Source: Epithemia pelagica | Lineage: Eukaryota; Protista; Bacillariophyta | Direction: 5' to 3' | Assembly (NCBI GenBank): GCA_946965045.2 | Contig: OX337230.1 | Coordinates: forward strand, 2,232,001 to 2,296,000 | Length of the DNA stretch: 64,000 nt | In this document: in pieces, positions 1 through 11,256 of the stretch | Position numbering within the stretch: the first letter of the stretch is position 1 | Layout of the letters: each line of letters opens with the position of its first letter | Position numbers and translations under genes: made by a program | Notes under the pieces: model-generated | The model's database searches: none | The model's input: only the letters and a program-made list of their open reading frames with translations | Told to the model about the DNA's origin: nothing

Positions 1-2
1 AA

Positions 3-694
3 GGCTTTGCATCATTGTCCAGATTCGGGCGGCAAAATCACATCCAGCAGCCGATGGAAACGACCCACGTCAACAGTTTGGTCAGTTCAAGGTCATCGCA
101 GAGCTGCTCTCCAACGACACTCTTTGCGACAGAAGAAAAGGCTGCTCCAATGGTAACGGGAGAAGAACTGGAACTTATGCTACAGGAGTGGGATCAACCC
201 CTTGTTTTGGATGCCTACGCGACATGGTACGTGTTGGTCGAACTTCTTCGACCAACGTCTTTGAACATACGACGTCGTGATGTTTACTTGCGATTCTGCA
301 AAATGCCAGAGCATGTCGTCATTATCTCACAAACATGAAATGTGTCTGGCTATTGCTGTTGCTCCTTTTTTCATGATTCTACGTGATTCGCAGGTGTGGT
401 CCATGTGTATTGATGGCACCAGAATTTGAATCGGCTGCACAGGAACTCAAAGGTCGGGTGCGGTTTGTCAAGATGGATACTGACCAAGAAGAGACCATGG
501 CAGCTCGCTTAAATATCATGGGATTGCCAACTCTCCTTTTCCTGGGGAAGTACGAACCCAAAGAAGGAGAGGAGAACGCTGCTGCCAAGGCCGTATTGAA
601 AGGCAGAATTGAGGGCGCCTTACGGAAACAGGACATTGTGGATTTATGTGAACACTACTTCTTTGGGGCACCGGCGCCACAACAATTGTATTAA
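3..694 (+). CDS. Thioredoxin, TrxZ/CITRX-like, probably plastid-targeted; 5' end runs off the window; intron 227-393
   Basis: Splicing GT(227)..AG(393) joins DAYAT-W to CGPC, restoring WCGPC. The downstream VLMAPE..VKMDTDQE..GLPTLLF resembles TrxZ/CITRX. The frame is open from base 3. Confidence 0.85.
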
Positions 695-1533
695 CTTCTA
701 ACCTATCCAGGCATGGCGGTAAACACTTCATGGTTGCGAGTTGCGACACAATCACGTCGGCCAGCAACATATTACGTTCTAGTGGTTTGAACTTCTCGTT
801 TCTCGTATGCCATTTTCGTCCGACTGCGGGTTTCCTCAGCCCAAACCATTTCAGTAGCTGCTCGGATGGTCGACCAGTAGACTCAAAGCAACGATGAATG
901 GAGCGGTAGATGGTACCCGTGCCGTACATTTGCACAGAATCATCCGTCAATCGCGCCAAACCTTCACTTTGTAACTTTACATCCAGCGTCTACAAGATCA
1001 AAATGTAATGTCACTTGTCACAACATGTCGATCCAGTGCTTGTGTCAACCTCTTGGGCGAAAAAGTTTTTCTTTCGTTCCAACGTCACAACAAAACATCC
1101 ACGTGGAACATGAAGCTCTTGATCGAATTCGTGAATCAAACGTCGCAATGCGCTGCGGGTTTGGTGAGTTATATTGAAGCCCTTTCGTTGCTTCTTCAAA
1201 GTGCTCGGTGTTTTTCTCAAGCGTTATAGTATATTCTTTCCATGTCAATCATCATAATATTTTTCAATGAAACCGTCACTCATTCCAGTCATGAACACTG
1301 GGAAGTTTTGTTTTCTCCATCTGTTCTTCGGCACGATAGTTCGGTAAGCCACGCGAAAAAGTAACGAAGGAGAACTTGCAGGTTCGTCTTTCGTCTTTCA
1401 CTTCTTGACTCTTTTGACACACAAAAAACAAACTCAAGAGCTTTGACACTTCGCCTCTATCTTTCTTTGACCCCCATTTGACACTTTGTCAGTTTTATTT
1501 TATTCCTTTCCGACAACCACAAACTCTCTCATC

Positions 1534-3184
1534 ATGACACTTCCGCAAACAATCACTGGAAAGCCTTTCGAACATCAGGGCGAAAGCATGGCCTCAACAA
1601 TTCGTTCTGAAGCCGCTTGGGACGATGAAATGGCTTTCTCCGTCGACCAACTCTTCTTTGTAACCAGTTACAGGTGGGTAGATGTGATCAGAGATCAAAA
1701 TGAGCAGAGATCTTGATAAACCTCACTTTTCTATGTTTCTTGTATTCGTGTTGAACAGTGACTTTGATAAGCTTGCCCATGGCCCTCGGGGAATGGAAGC
1801 AAAACATTCTTTGCATGTTTACCGATTCCACCCCCATGACGGTTCCATGTTGCTTCTCAACATCTGTGGCTCTGCAAGTGAAGTGAAGAACCCTGCGTTC
1901 TCTATCTGTCACCCTCGGCTAAATGTTGTTTACACATGCACTGAAGACATTGTCAACAATGGTAGGATTTTCGCTTATGCATTGGGCGATAATGGTGAAC
2001 TTACACCTCATGGTGAACCCGTTGATGCCGGTGGCACCAGTACATGCTATTTAACCATTGATCGAGCCGGCAAGAATATGCTGGCTGTCAACTACTGGGA
2101 CAGCACTCTTGCTGTTATCCCTTTGGATCACGAAACGGGAAAGTTACTGGGTCCCATCAAGAGCCTCTACGATCCCAAGGCTGGCAAGAAAGTCGTGGCA
2201 GCCGGGAAGATGGCAGGTGGTGTCAACCATTCTGATAACGATGAAAGCACCATCAAGATGCGTCAAGCAGACCCTCACTCCCACGCGCTTGTACTCGATC
2301 CCTATGTTGGTACCATCGCCTATGTACCTTGCCTTGGCAAGGATGTTATTCGAGAGTTCTTTTACAATCGTGAAGACGGCAGGATTGAAATGGAACTCAA
2401 CACACTGCCTTCAGGTCTGAGTACTGGAATGCCTGATGGACCTCGTTACTTTGAATTTCATCCAAAGTTCAACATTGCTTACTGCATCAATGAGTTAAGT
2501 GCGACTGTCGCTGTCTTTGAAGTCGATCGTCCTCTCCTTCATGAAATGGCACATGCTTCTTCGACTGGACAAGACATGGAAAAGTACAAGGGAAGGTCCA
2601 CTTTGCGTCTCATCCAATCTATTAAAACCATTCCGAACGCGTTCCCAACCAGCATGAACACATGTGGTCGAATTTGCGTACACCGATCTGGCCGCTTCGT
2701 CTTAGTCAGTAACAGAGGACATCAGTCCATTGCAATTTTCAAGGTTTTTCAAAAAGGCCTGAAACGAGGTGAACTCAAGACGGTTGGATACTTTCACACT
2801 CGAGGTGAAACACCTCGTCACTTCAACTTTGATGCCTCGGGACAATACTTGTTGGTTGCAAATCAAGATACCAACTCTGTGGCTATCTTTAACTTCAATC
2901 TGTCATCTGGCGAAATCAAGTACACAGGAAATGAATATCGTGTCCCATCTCCTAACTTTGTCTGTTGTTGCCCTTTGTCTGGTAATGTGGACGACTCTGG
3001 CCTGCTCGACAATGCAGTCGGCAATGATTTGAGGGTGGGCGATGATGCGGCAAGCGCGACAGACTCCGACTCGGCTACCACCCAAGCTCTCATCCCTTCC
3101 AAAGAAGACCTCATGAATGAACTTGCACGTGCTCGACAAGAAATTGCCGCGCTGAAGGAAGAACTCACGTCTCTCAAGGGATGA
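1534..3184 (+). CDS. Lactonase, 7-bladed beta-propeller (6-phosphogluconolactonase Pgl/YbhE family); intron 1674-1758
   Basis: Motifs DPHSHAL, GPRYFEFHP, LVSNRGHQSIA, GETPRHF and LLVANQDTN. Intron GTGGGT..CAG joins the two ORFs in frame (VTSY-S-DFDK). Confidence 0.85.
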
Positions 3185-3934
3185 TGAACAAACTAGTCAG
3201 TCCCTGAGTTTCAGTAAGTACAAACCCGACTGGGTTGTATTGTTGCTGTCAACGACGCGCGAACTTGTTCTCCTCCGTTTTTTTCTTCTTGTTTCATGAC
3301 ACCCGTGAGCATTGCGTTTATTCGCCGTTACCAAACCGCGCACCCATAGATTTTTAGGGTAACCAAGTCTTGTACTTTAGTTGAAATGAATTTTTTTGTA
3401 AAACGTTTTGTTCTTTGCATAACCCCAATCGAGGTGGGAGTTGCCTGTGCTAGATGCACCGCACGTAGCCTCCTTTGTTCATTACGTGGACACTTTCGCG
3501 CACAGTTTAATCACTCATTGCCTACACAGCTTGTCTTCCTATACAGTTTTTTCTGTGTGCGAGGAAGAAAGGTCCATCGACTCACACATCCTACATTAGG
3601 GCTTACTGGTTGTTGGGCTACTGGGAGAGTCGGGCTGTGGAGGGTGTTGATGTTGATATATAAGGTTACAGGAGTTGATCATCACCAAGGCAAAGACCAC
3701 ACATTAAATCATAGTTCTCATTCATTGTACTCCTAGTACAAGTATAGCCGGCGCGTAGTTTACGCGGATCTATAGCCATGGTAGCTTCCATGGTACGTCC
3801 GTTGACCGGATAGTTTTCCATTTCCCATTGCCAACCATCTCTTCTCTCAGATTTTCATTGATCCAAAATAAAAAAAAAAGCTTGATAGATTGGTAAGCTC
3901 GGCGGGTTGCAATTTGCAATCCATCAACGAAACA

Positions 3935-5456
3935 ATGAGTAAAAACAAAAAAGGATCCACATCAAAAAAGAAGAAACACGCGGAAGGGAAGTCGACGATG
4001 GAGAAAAAGGCTCCCAAACAGTCGGAACGAGTAGAGCCTGACGAGGACGATGCAGTAATTACTTTAGAAGCGTTGAACGCCATGTCCGACAGCGATGATG
4101 ATGGAGATGGCGAAATGCCACCGGAAGAAGAATGGAATGGAGAGGCCCGCTCTTTGAAAGAGGCCATCGAGTCGGGAATTTTCAACAAACTTTTGCGGCA
4201 AAAGAAGTCCTCCAGAATGGAAGGTGACGATGAATCGATCGAAGAAGTTGTTTTAGATGACGATGATGATTCATCCGTAGGGAGTGACATGCATGAAAGA
4301 GAGAAAGGTGGGGAAGGAGAAAACGACAATGAGCATGTTGAGGAGGAGAAGGAGGATGACGACGACGACGGCGACAAGAACAGCAATGAAGAAGAAACGA
4401 GCGATATTCTACTTGATTCTGAACAATCCAAATTCCCAACGAACCAAGCACACGACACTGACAATGAGACACCGGGGATCCAAGGAGAGGAAGAGGACTT
4501 GGAAGAGAAACCAGAAAGAGTCGATGACGAGGATGACGAAGAGGAAAATAGCAAAGAAGACGAGGATAGCGCCAGTAATGATGAAGAAAGTGACCAAGAG
4601 CCGATATCCATTAAAGAGCTCAATGCAAGGAATCAAAAATCATTACGGTCCGAGGCAAGTCAGATCCTGAACCGACAGAGACAGCTAACATGGCCTGAGA
4701 CGTTTGATGTTGTGTCTGCAGCACCTCTTCCATTTGATCATGAAGATGAAGAAGGGAACAAGACAGATATCCATGATGATTTGAAGCGGGAAGTTGCGTT
4801 TTACAATATGGCTTTGGAAGCAGCACTTCAAGGACGTCAAAAGTGTAATAGTGCTGGCATCCAATTTTCCAGACCAGATGATTTTTTCGCTGAGATGGTG
4901 AAAACAGACGGTAGGTCGTTGCAACGCTTTTCACTATTCGCTCACGTGGTTTATGGAAATTAACTCTTGATGCTTCCGCTCTATTACAGAACACATGGCG
5001 AAGATTAAGGATCGCCTGATTTTTGAAAGCAAAAAGATTGATGCCGTCAATCAACGCAAAGCCAACAAAGAGCAAAAGCTCCGTTCGAAAGAGTCACAGG
5101 CGAGTCGACTGGCAGAGAAAGCCAAGCGAAAGAAGGATAACCTCAAAGCGGTGGATGAATGGGCCAGGGATGCAGCCTCCAAACGCAGTGGTGGCCAGTT
5201 GTCGAATGACATGGATTTGGGAACGCGGAATTCCCCAAACAAGAGGCGGTTAGCTGCCAACAAACGATACGGCTTTGGTGGTAAGACAGGTCGGTTCAAG
5301 CAAACCGATCCAAAGGCACTCAATGATATGTCAGGATTCAGTTCCAAAGGAAATTTTTCGGGAGGACGGAAACGTACGGGTGGCTCTGGTGGAGGAGGAG
5401 TGGGCAAAAGACCAGGAAAGCGAGCCAGAGACGCAAACCGAGCGCGCAACAAGTAG
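3935..5456 (+). CDS. EBP2: rRNA-processing protein EBP2; intron 4911-4989
   Basis: DDLKREVAFYNMALEAA..FSRPDDFFAEMVKTD|EHMAKIKDRL and NKRYGFGGK are Ebp2 motifs; the intron is in phase; acidic N-terminus. Confidence 0.92.
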
Positions 5457-5609
5457 TTGAAGCGCTTACCTTGCGATAACGTTTCTCCTTCGGTTCACTT
5501 TCCTTTGCCGTACTTCTTCAACGATCCATCAGTAAACAGCAAGTCAACTACGCGGCGTTTGCAAGTTTCATGCGGATAATGAACCTTTTGATGACGTCAA
5601 AACCCAACT

Positions 5610-6291
5610 TTAATCACTTTTCCTTTTCTCCTTCTCCTCCTCAAGCTTTTGCTGCATCATGGCCAAGAAAGATCCGTCATTGGCGAATTGCTGCCCGTTC
5701 GATTCGAGCGAGTTTGTTTCTTCTTCTTTCTTTGAAGCTTTTTCTTCTTCTTTCTTTGCAGTTTTTGCCGGCACAGCAAATTCGTCTTCTTCTTCTTGGT
5801 CGTGAACATCGTCCCCACCGACGTCTTGTTCCAGTGAAATGCCAGCCTTAAGAAGATTTTCGCGGCGTTTCTTGGCTTCCTTGTGCTTTTGTCGCTTTTT
5901 TCGTTTTTTGTCAGTTTTCTCCATTTCGCGCTGCTGATTTTCGACCAACTCTCGTTGGAACTCCTCGTCCTTGCGTTGTTCCTCTTGGTCCAACCTTAGA
6001 GTTTCCATGCGAGCCATTTCGCGCGCTCGAGCTTGTCGATAGACATGAAACTCTCCGGAATTTGCACCCGCAGTAGAACCATAGGCGTTGACAATCTTTT
6101 CCGTTTTGACTATCGTGATTCGTGATAGAAGAACAGCATTCAGAAAAACAAACAAGACTCTTGCACGAAACACATGAATACATACCTTTTTCTGCATTCT
6201 TCCCCTCACCACCAATGGCTTGCTGATAGGAAACCGTTTGCACATTCGAGTTGTTGTCGCTGTACGCTTGAACTGTTGAAAACTTGGGCAT
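5610..6291 (-). CDS. PRKRIP1: PRKR-interacting protein 1-like (DUF1168); intron 6110-6185
   Basis: Motif GSTAGANSGEFHVYRQARAREMAR followed by a K/R-rich coil. GTATGT..ATAG splicing joins MPKFS..AEK to VKTEKIVN. Confidence 0.8.
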
Positions 6292-6642
6292 TGTAATAGC
6301 ATGGGTCTCGTAACATCAAGTTGCGGCCGAAATGTTACATCGGAAATCGGAAATGGAGAAAGTTGAAGGGGAACTCCTCCCCCTCTCGCTTCTCCCCCCC
6401 CCTTCCAAAGCACACGGTCGCACCTCGAACAAAGAAAAGTCTCTAGCTAGAGGAGTAGCTACCATCGAGAATTCTCAGCGGTCGGCGTTAGCGTTAGCGG
6501 GCTTGGTGGTGGAGCCATATTAGCGGTTAGCTCTAGGCCTTGGGGATGGGGAGTATACAAGGATATACAGATTTTCATGTGAAACATTCCGATTTCCGAT
6601 ATGGGAGCAAAGAAGCAACATACTTGAAGCGACGCCGCCACC

Positions 6643-7358
6643 ATGGGTAACAATCTGTCCATCGTCTCGTACGAATGTCCAGAATGCAAAGCAACCGTTG
6701 AAGCATTGAAAATGTTTGAGGGAGTAAGATGTTTGGAATGTACGGGCCACGGTGCTTTCGAACGCGATTTTCGGGCGGCTGGTGAAAAGTGGCAAAATGG
6801 CGATCGAGATTTGAGCTCGTACGTCGGTCTGGTTCAAAAACTTGTCAGATCTGGTGTAGCCGAAACGTATGAAAACGAAGTGACCAGGGCTGCCCAAGAA
6901 CACTTGTCCGTCGATATGGACACTTCGATTGTGTACGACGGCATGGCTCACACTATATCGTTCGGAGGAGAGACTTATTCCGCGTACAATAACGTCCAAT
7001 CAAAAGCAAATGGACCGGCACCTATGGCTTTTCGCATATTGTTTATAAACATGAGGAAACAACCTTCAATCAGCGTATTTTTGGCAGTGTTGCCAACGTT
7101 GTGTTTCATGTACCCGGACGAAGTGGCATGGGTATTCATTCTGGACGAGAGCATGACATGGACAAGATGGGAAAGAGCGGCATGGAACACTGCACCGATG
7201 GATGCATTCGTACCACCGATGAAGTTATGAGTCGATTGGTCGTCTTTGCGGCGGCGAAAAATCCTGAACTTGTCGTGAAGAACAATGAAGATTGCATTGC
7301 CGATTATACCAGACGAAAACATGTTTGGGAAGAAGCGGCGGCTCGTGCCTCTGCGTAG
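6643..7358 (+). pseudogene. Frameshifted gene: N-terminal MGNN and two CxxC, fused to a bacterial Tlde1/L,D-transpeptidase-like domain
   Basis: Frame A gives ..YSAYNNVQSKANG(P). After a shift at about 7015-7017, frame B gives GTYGFSH..VFHVPGRSGMGIHSGR..CTDGCIRTTDEVMSRL, with an H..T-x-G-C catalytic-type motif. Confidence 0.6.
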
Positions 7359-7625
7359 AAACTATGACAAAAGTCGATGTAACTTGCATCCTCCCTGGTT
7401 AGGATCCACATCCCCACCATTCGGCCTTCTTCGTACCTATTGTCGTCAATTAAGTCATCCAAACCATCAATACCTCTAAGCAATTTCAAAACGACTCCTA
7501 GGGCACTTTGGTTTGAACAAGCTCTTTTGCCTCACTTCTCTAACTTCCAATGGCTGTAGGTAGCATGCCTAGCTCAAGTATTGGAGACTGGCGCCTTTGA
7601 TAGGAGTTGTCAGTTGCTCTCGTAT

Positions 7626-8504
7626 CCCTCCGATTGCGGGGGTACCTCCCGTCTGCTGTCCATACGGTTATTCCCAAATTTTCCTAAAAAATGTAAAAAT
7701 TATTTCTTTCAAATTTCTTTTGATTTAGCACATTATTATAACGTCCAAGCCAACTGTAATAACTGGCTTCGCCCTATTGTGTAGCCGCTTGCGCTCATGA
7801 ATGGGAAACAGGAACCGTGAGCCGTGAGACTTGACGAGACATGCACAGAGAAATCTACAAGCCCATTTTGTACTCTAAAGTCTATACTGTTTCAGAAGCG
7901 AATACTCTTTACTCTTTACGTAGTAGTGGATCAAGCTTTACGGAATCATCACACACACACCATGAAAAAATACACACACATGGTGCAATGCACCTCTAGG
8001 AGTATCAACACAAGCTCCGGGCACTTTGTCTATGGGAAAGATAAAAGCATAGTCCACTACTAGTTTAGGCTTCCTGCTTCCTGGGCTTACATACCCCATG
8101 ATGACGCTGTCAAACCTTCGCTTCATCATTGCAGAGGTTGATTGTTCATTGCAGTGGTTGATTGTCATGTTTCATGTTGTCATCCTTCCTTTGATGTATT
8201 CCGCCTTCACTTGTGATCTAGGTGGATGGTTTTGGCCATAAAGTTGTCACTGTGGTCGTTCGTACGGCTGGATGGTTTTCTTTTGGTTTTTGGTGTGCTC
8301 ATGGTCGTCTTTTGTGGTGTTGCTCGAAAAGTGAGACGATTCCTGGCCCTTGTGCCAGCAATACAAGGCGTGACCGGCGCGTCTATTTCGAACGATCGAA
8401 AGGAGGCTGGCGATATCACCCGGCTGGCGCTTTGGGAAAAAATACGAGACAATTTTTTTCCTTTCGGATGACGGACGAGCAAAGGTACCCCCCCAATCGC
8501 ACCC
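7626..8504. mobile_element. About 880-bp insertion present only in copy A, possible non-autonomous element
   Basis: Replaced by 24 bp in copy A'. Subterminal inverted 17-mer CGATTG(C/G)GGGGGTACCT at 7631-7647 and 8483-8499; no convincing ORF; no clean TSD. Confidence 0.4.
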
Positions 8505-8671
8505 TTTCGCCCGTAATTCAAGGATGCGAACCTGCGACCGGAGCTTTCTGTGAAGTGAATCTTTCGTCTTTTCCTAAGATCGCACCATCAACGTCTCAGC
8601 ATCATTGTTCCTATTGAACTCAGCAGCGTCCTTCTCTTCGCTTCATCTATCCAAGTGACCCAACCACCATC

Positions 8672-9397
8672 ATGGTATTGAATCAAATTCGAGCGCGCTT
8701 CGGCAAAGCTCTAATGGAAGCGATTGGAACTTTTGTGTTGTTGTTGACGATTCAATTGGCAGTCCATTCGCCGTCGAACTCTGACAAGGCTCCCATGTCC
8801 ATTGGTTTGGTGCTTATGGTCTTGGTGTACGCCGGTGCTCCGATTTCTGGAGCCCATTACAATCCGGCCGTGACGTTGGCCTTGACCTTGACGGGTCGAG
8901 GATGTTTTCATGCGCACGGTCTGATTGTATATTGGATCTTTCAATGCGCGGGCGCCATTGCTGGCGCCGCGGTCGGCAATGCCTTGATTCCAGACAACGA
9001 CGAAGCGGCAAACATTGCTGTGGATTCTCATGTCACGGTTTGGCAAGCCTTGGGTGGTGAATTGGTCTTTACGACCCTTTTGTGTTTGGTCGTCTTGTGT
9101 ACCGCCACGCACTCCAAAGTCGAAAACAATGGCTATTTTGGCGCCGCCATTGGTTTGACTGTCACGGCCGGGGCCGTGGCGGCTGGTCCATGGTCCGGTG
9201 GAGCCTTCAATCCGGCCGTGTCCTTGGGATTGGGTATCGTGGCCATGGATTTGGGCAGTGGATACAATTTCATTACCGCCCTGGTCAATTTGTTGGGCGG
9301 TGTCATGGCAGCCGCCCTGTTTTACCTCGTGGCACCGGATCAATACGACCCGACACAGAGCCAGTACGAACCCATTGCCGGAGGAGTGGCTGCATAA
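8672..9397 (+). CDS. Aquaporin (MIP family), copy 1
   Basis: Two NPA boxes (HYNPAVT, AFNPAVS) and six hydrophobic segments; 241 aa. Confidence 0.95.
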   Translation: MVLNQIRARFGKALMEAIGTFVLLLTIQLAVHSPSNSDKAPMSIGLVLMVLVYAGAPISGAHYNPAVTLALTLTGRGCFHAHGLIVYWIFQCAGAIAGAAVGNALIPDNDEAANIAVDSHVTVWQALGGELVFTTLLCLVVLCTATHSKVENNGYFGAAIGLTVTAGAVAAGPWSGGAFNPAVSLGLGIVAMDLGSGYNFITALVNLLGGVMAAALFYLVAPDQYDPTQSQYEPIAGGVAA

Positions 9398-9762
9398 GTG
9401 GAGGACCGCGACCAAAGACAGAAGGCAACAGTAGTTATGCAGGAATCATTGTCTCACAAAATCATCCATAAATTAATGAGAAAAGGACTTCGAGTTGGTT
9501 GGGCCATGTTCGCTTAGAAAGAATATCGGTGCCGTGTTCTTACCTTGTGCCAGATATCTGACCGTAGGCCATGATCGTGTTGGAAGTCTGTTTTCTGCAT
9601 TATAGCCGCATGCAATAGGGAAAACGGGAACTTTTTGTGAGGCTATGGCTCGCCACTAGCTAGAACTACCTACTCCCATGGTGAGAGAGAGATATTCGAA
9701 TCATATCCAAGAATACTCATTGGGAATGAGATGCGTCGTTAAATAGAAGTTTCGTGACCAAC

Positions 9763-9949
9763 TGAATAAATCCCGCCAACAGGTCGCATATTGGCGGATA
9801 CATGGTCGCATATTGGCGAATATGCATCGCCTACATATGCTGCATGCTGCTACGCATCTACTCCTAGTTTTCTAGTCATAATTTTGGTCTAGCCACTTGT
9901 TGCACGCCGTATACACCGTGTTTTAGCGTGTAGTGGCAGGATTTATACA
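9763..9949 (+). repeat. 5' LTR (187 bp) of the truncated Copia copy
   Basis: TGAATAAATCC...GGATTTATACA termini; equals the 174-bp LTR plus 7- and 6-bp insertions and a few SNPs. Internal 22-bp tandem repeat GGTCGCATATTGGCG.. at 9782-9825. Confidence 0.93.
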
Positions 9950-10905
9950 GTCTATCAGACCCAGCATTCAGCAGTCGCAGTAGTTTAGAGGTTAATGTTT
10001 GCTGTAGGCATGTAAGGTCGGGGCGCAAGACGTTTCCCCGCTGGTAAGAGATACGTCCTCTCAAGACAGGCCTGCCCCTGGGCCCTAGGGCAATAACGGG
10101 TCTACCTGTTTGCTCATAAGAGTTATGTGCATAGATGAGCGGGGGAACGAATATGTGTTTTTTATCTAACTCACCAACTATGCTAGCTAAGCTATGCATC
10201 ATGTGAAACTCCTTGGAGTTTTGCTCTTTGCCTTTTGCCCGTACTGGCAGCGGCTGATCACCGCTTGGGAGTGTTCGCGCTAAGCTACTCGTCACGGTAT
10301 GCTTGCGGCACTACTCATAGTTCACACTCGTGATGTGTGACCCATGGCATTCTCCCACGTGACGGGGAGCACTCGCTTAAGTGAGCGATTGTTTTGGTAA
10401 TCTTTTCTCCATATATGAAAATATAGATACCTCCTTTTGCACTGTGCCGACGCACACGTCCTAACTATTTGTTGTCTGCCAACTGCAGCGTAAACGCAAG
10501 TCGACACTGCTTGTGCACCTCAATTCCAGGTAGAATCGCAAAATCTGCGATCTGCATCACCTTTTGGCAATGCTCCCACACTTCTGTGTTTTTTGCCTGT
10601 GTTTTGCTCTGAACCTCTTCTGCTTCTGGCTCTCTTGCTTTCCTTTTGCCTTCCACCATGTCTTCATCCACTGCCCCTGAAAATCCCAAGGAAGATTTCA
10701 AGGCTGCCGTTAAACGCTGTGGATACAATGATGCCACCGTTACCTACATCATTGAGCAGGGTTTTGATGATGCTCAATCGTTCATGACTGTTGCGGTCCA
10801 TCAAGTGCCGTCGATGTTGAAGATGATGGCAAAGACCCCTCCAGAGAATGGGGCCTTTCCCTTCAGTGCTAACCTGCAGCTCCACGGCTTCCGAATGTGG
10901 CTCGA

Positions 10906-10929
10906 CAATACGAGCACTCGTGTATCAAT
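10906..10929 (+). repeat. Left TIR (24 bp)
   Basis: CAATACGAGCACTCGTGTATCAAT; 22/24 match to the reverse complement of 17514-17537. Confidence 0.92.
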
Positions 10930-11256
10930 TCTCCTCACCTCCACGTGCCAAAACGGTCCCAAAACCCGCCACACTCTCAAAATGACTGGCTCGCGCACCA
11001 TTATTGCCGGCCTTCCTCATTAATTACAAAAATCATACGACACAAAATATTTAATCAAGAATCATATAGAATTGTCATAGAGCTGTCTCATTTCTCTCAT
11101 TTTTCTTGATCGGCACTCACCCAGCTTGGAGGCAACATTGGTCTCGTTCCATCAAATGCCAATGGTAACGACCATGGATTGATTGATCGTCAACATCCCA
11201 ACTTCTCACAATAACATCTATTGTTTGTTTTTTGACCGTGAGCAATAACCTACAAC

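Larger units (their letters stand above)
7255..9762 (+). repeat. Duplicated host segment, copy A (includes aquaporin)
   Basis: Near-identical to 18283-19935 except a few SNPs and one large indel (7626-8504). Confidence 0.95.

Noticed and set aside
695-1250. Short minus-strand ORFs (516-959, 1011-1220, 1045-1248) as a spliced gene
   Set aside because: No recognisable motif, no consistent exon chain, and partial overlap with the thioredoxin.
7101-7230. C-terminal part of the 195-aa ORF 6643-7230 as the true product
   Set aside because: The alternative frame carries the enzyme-like motif, so this tail is probably read out of frame after the frameshift.
8711-9415. 234-aa minus-strand ORF (also 18884-19588)
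   Set aside because: Antisense to the aquaporin; explained by codon structure.
9782-9825. CRISPR-like direct repeats
   Set aside because: Only a 2-unit tandem repeat inside the LTR, with no spacers or cas genes, in a eukaryotic context.
10906-10929. RSS-like heptamer/nonamer in the TIRs
   Set aside because: No CACAGTG heptamer or ACAAAAACC nonamer at 12/23 spacing; the RAG resemblance is limited to the protein and gene layout.
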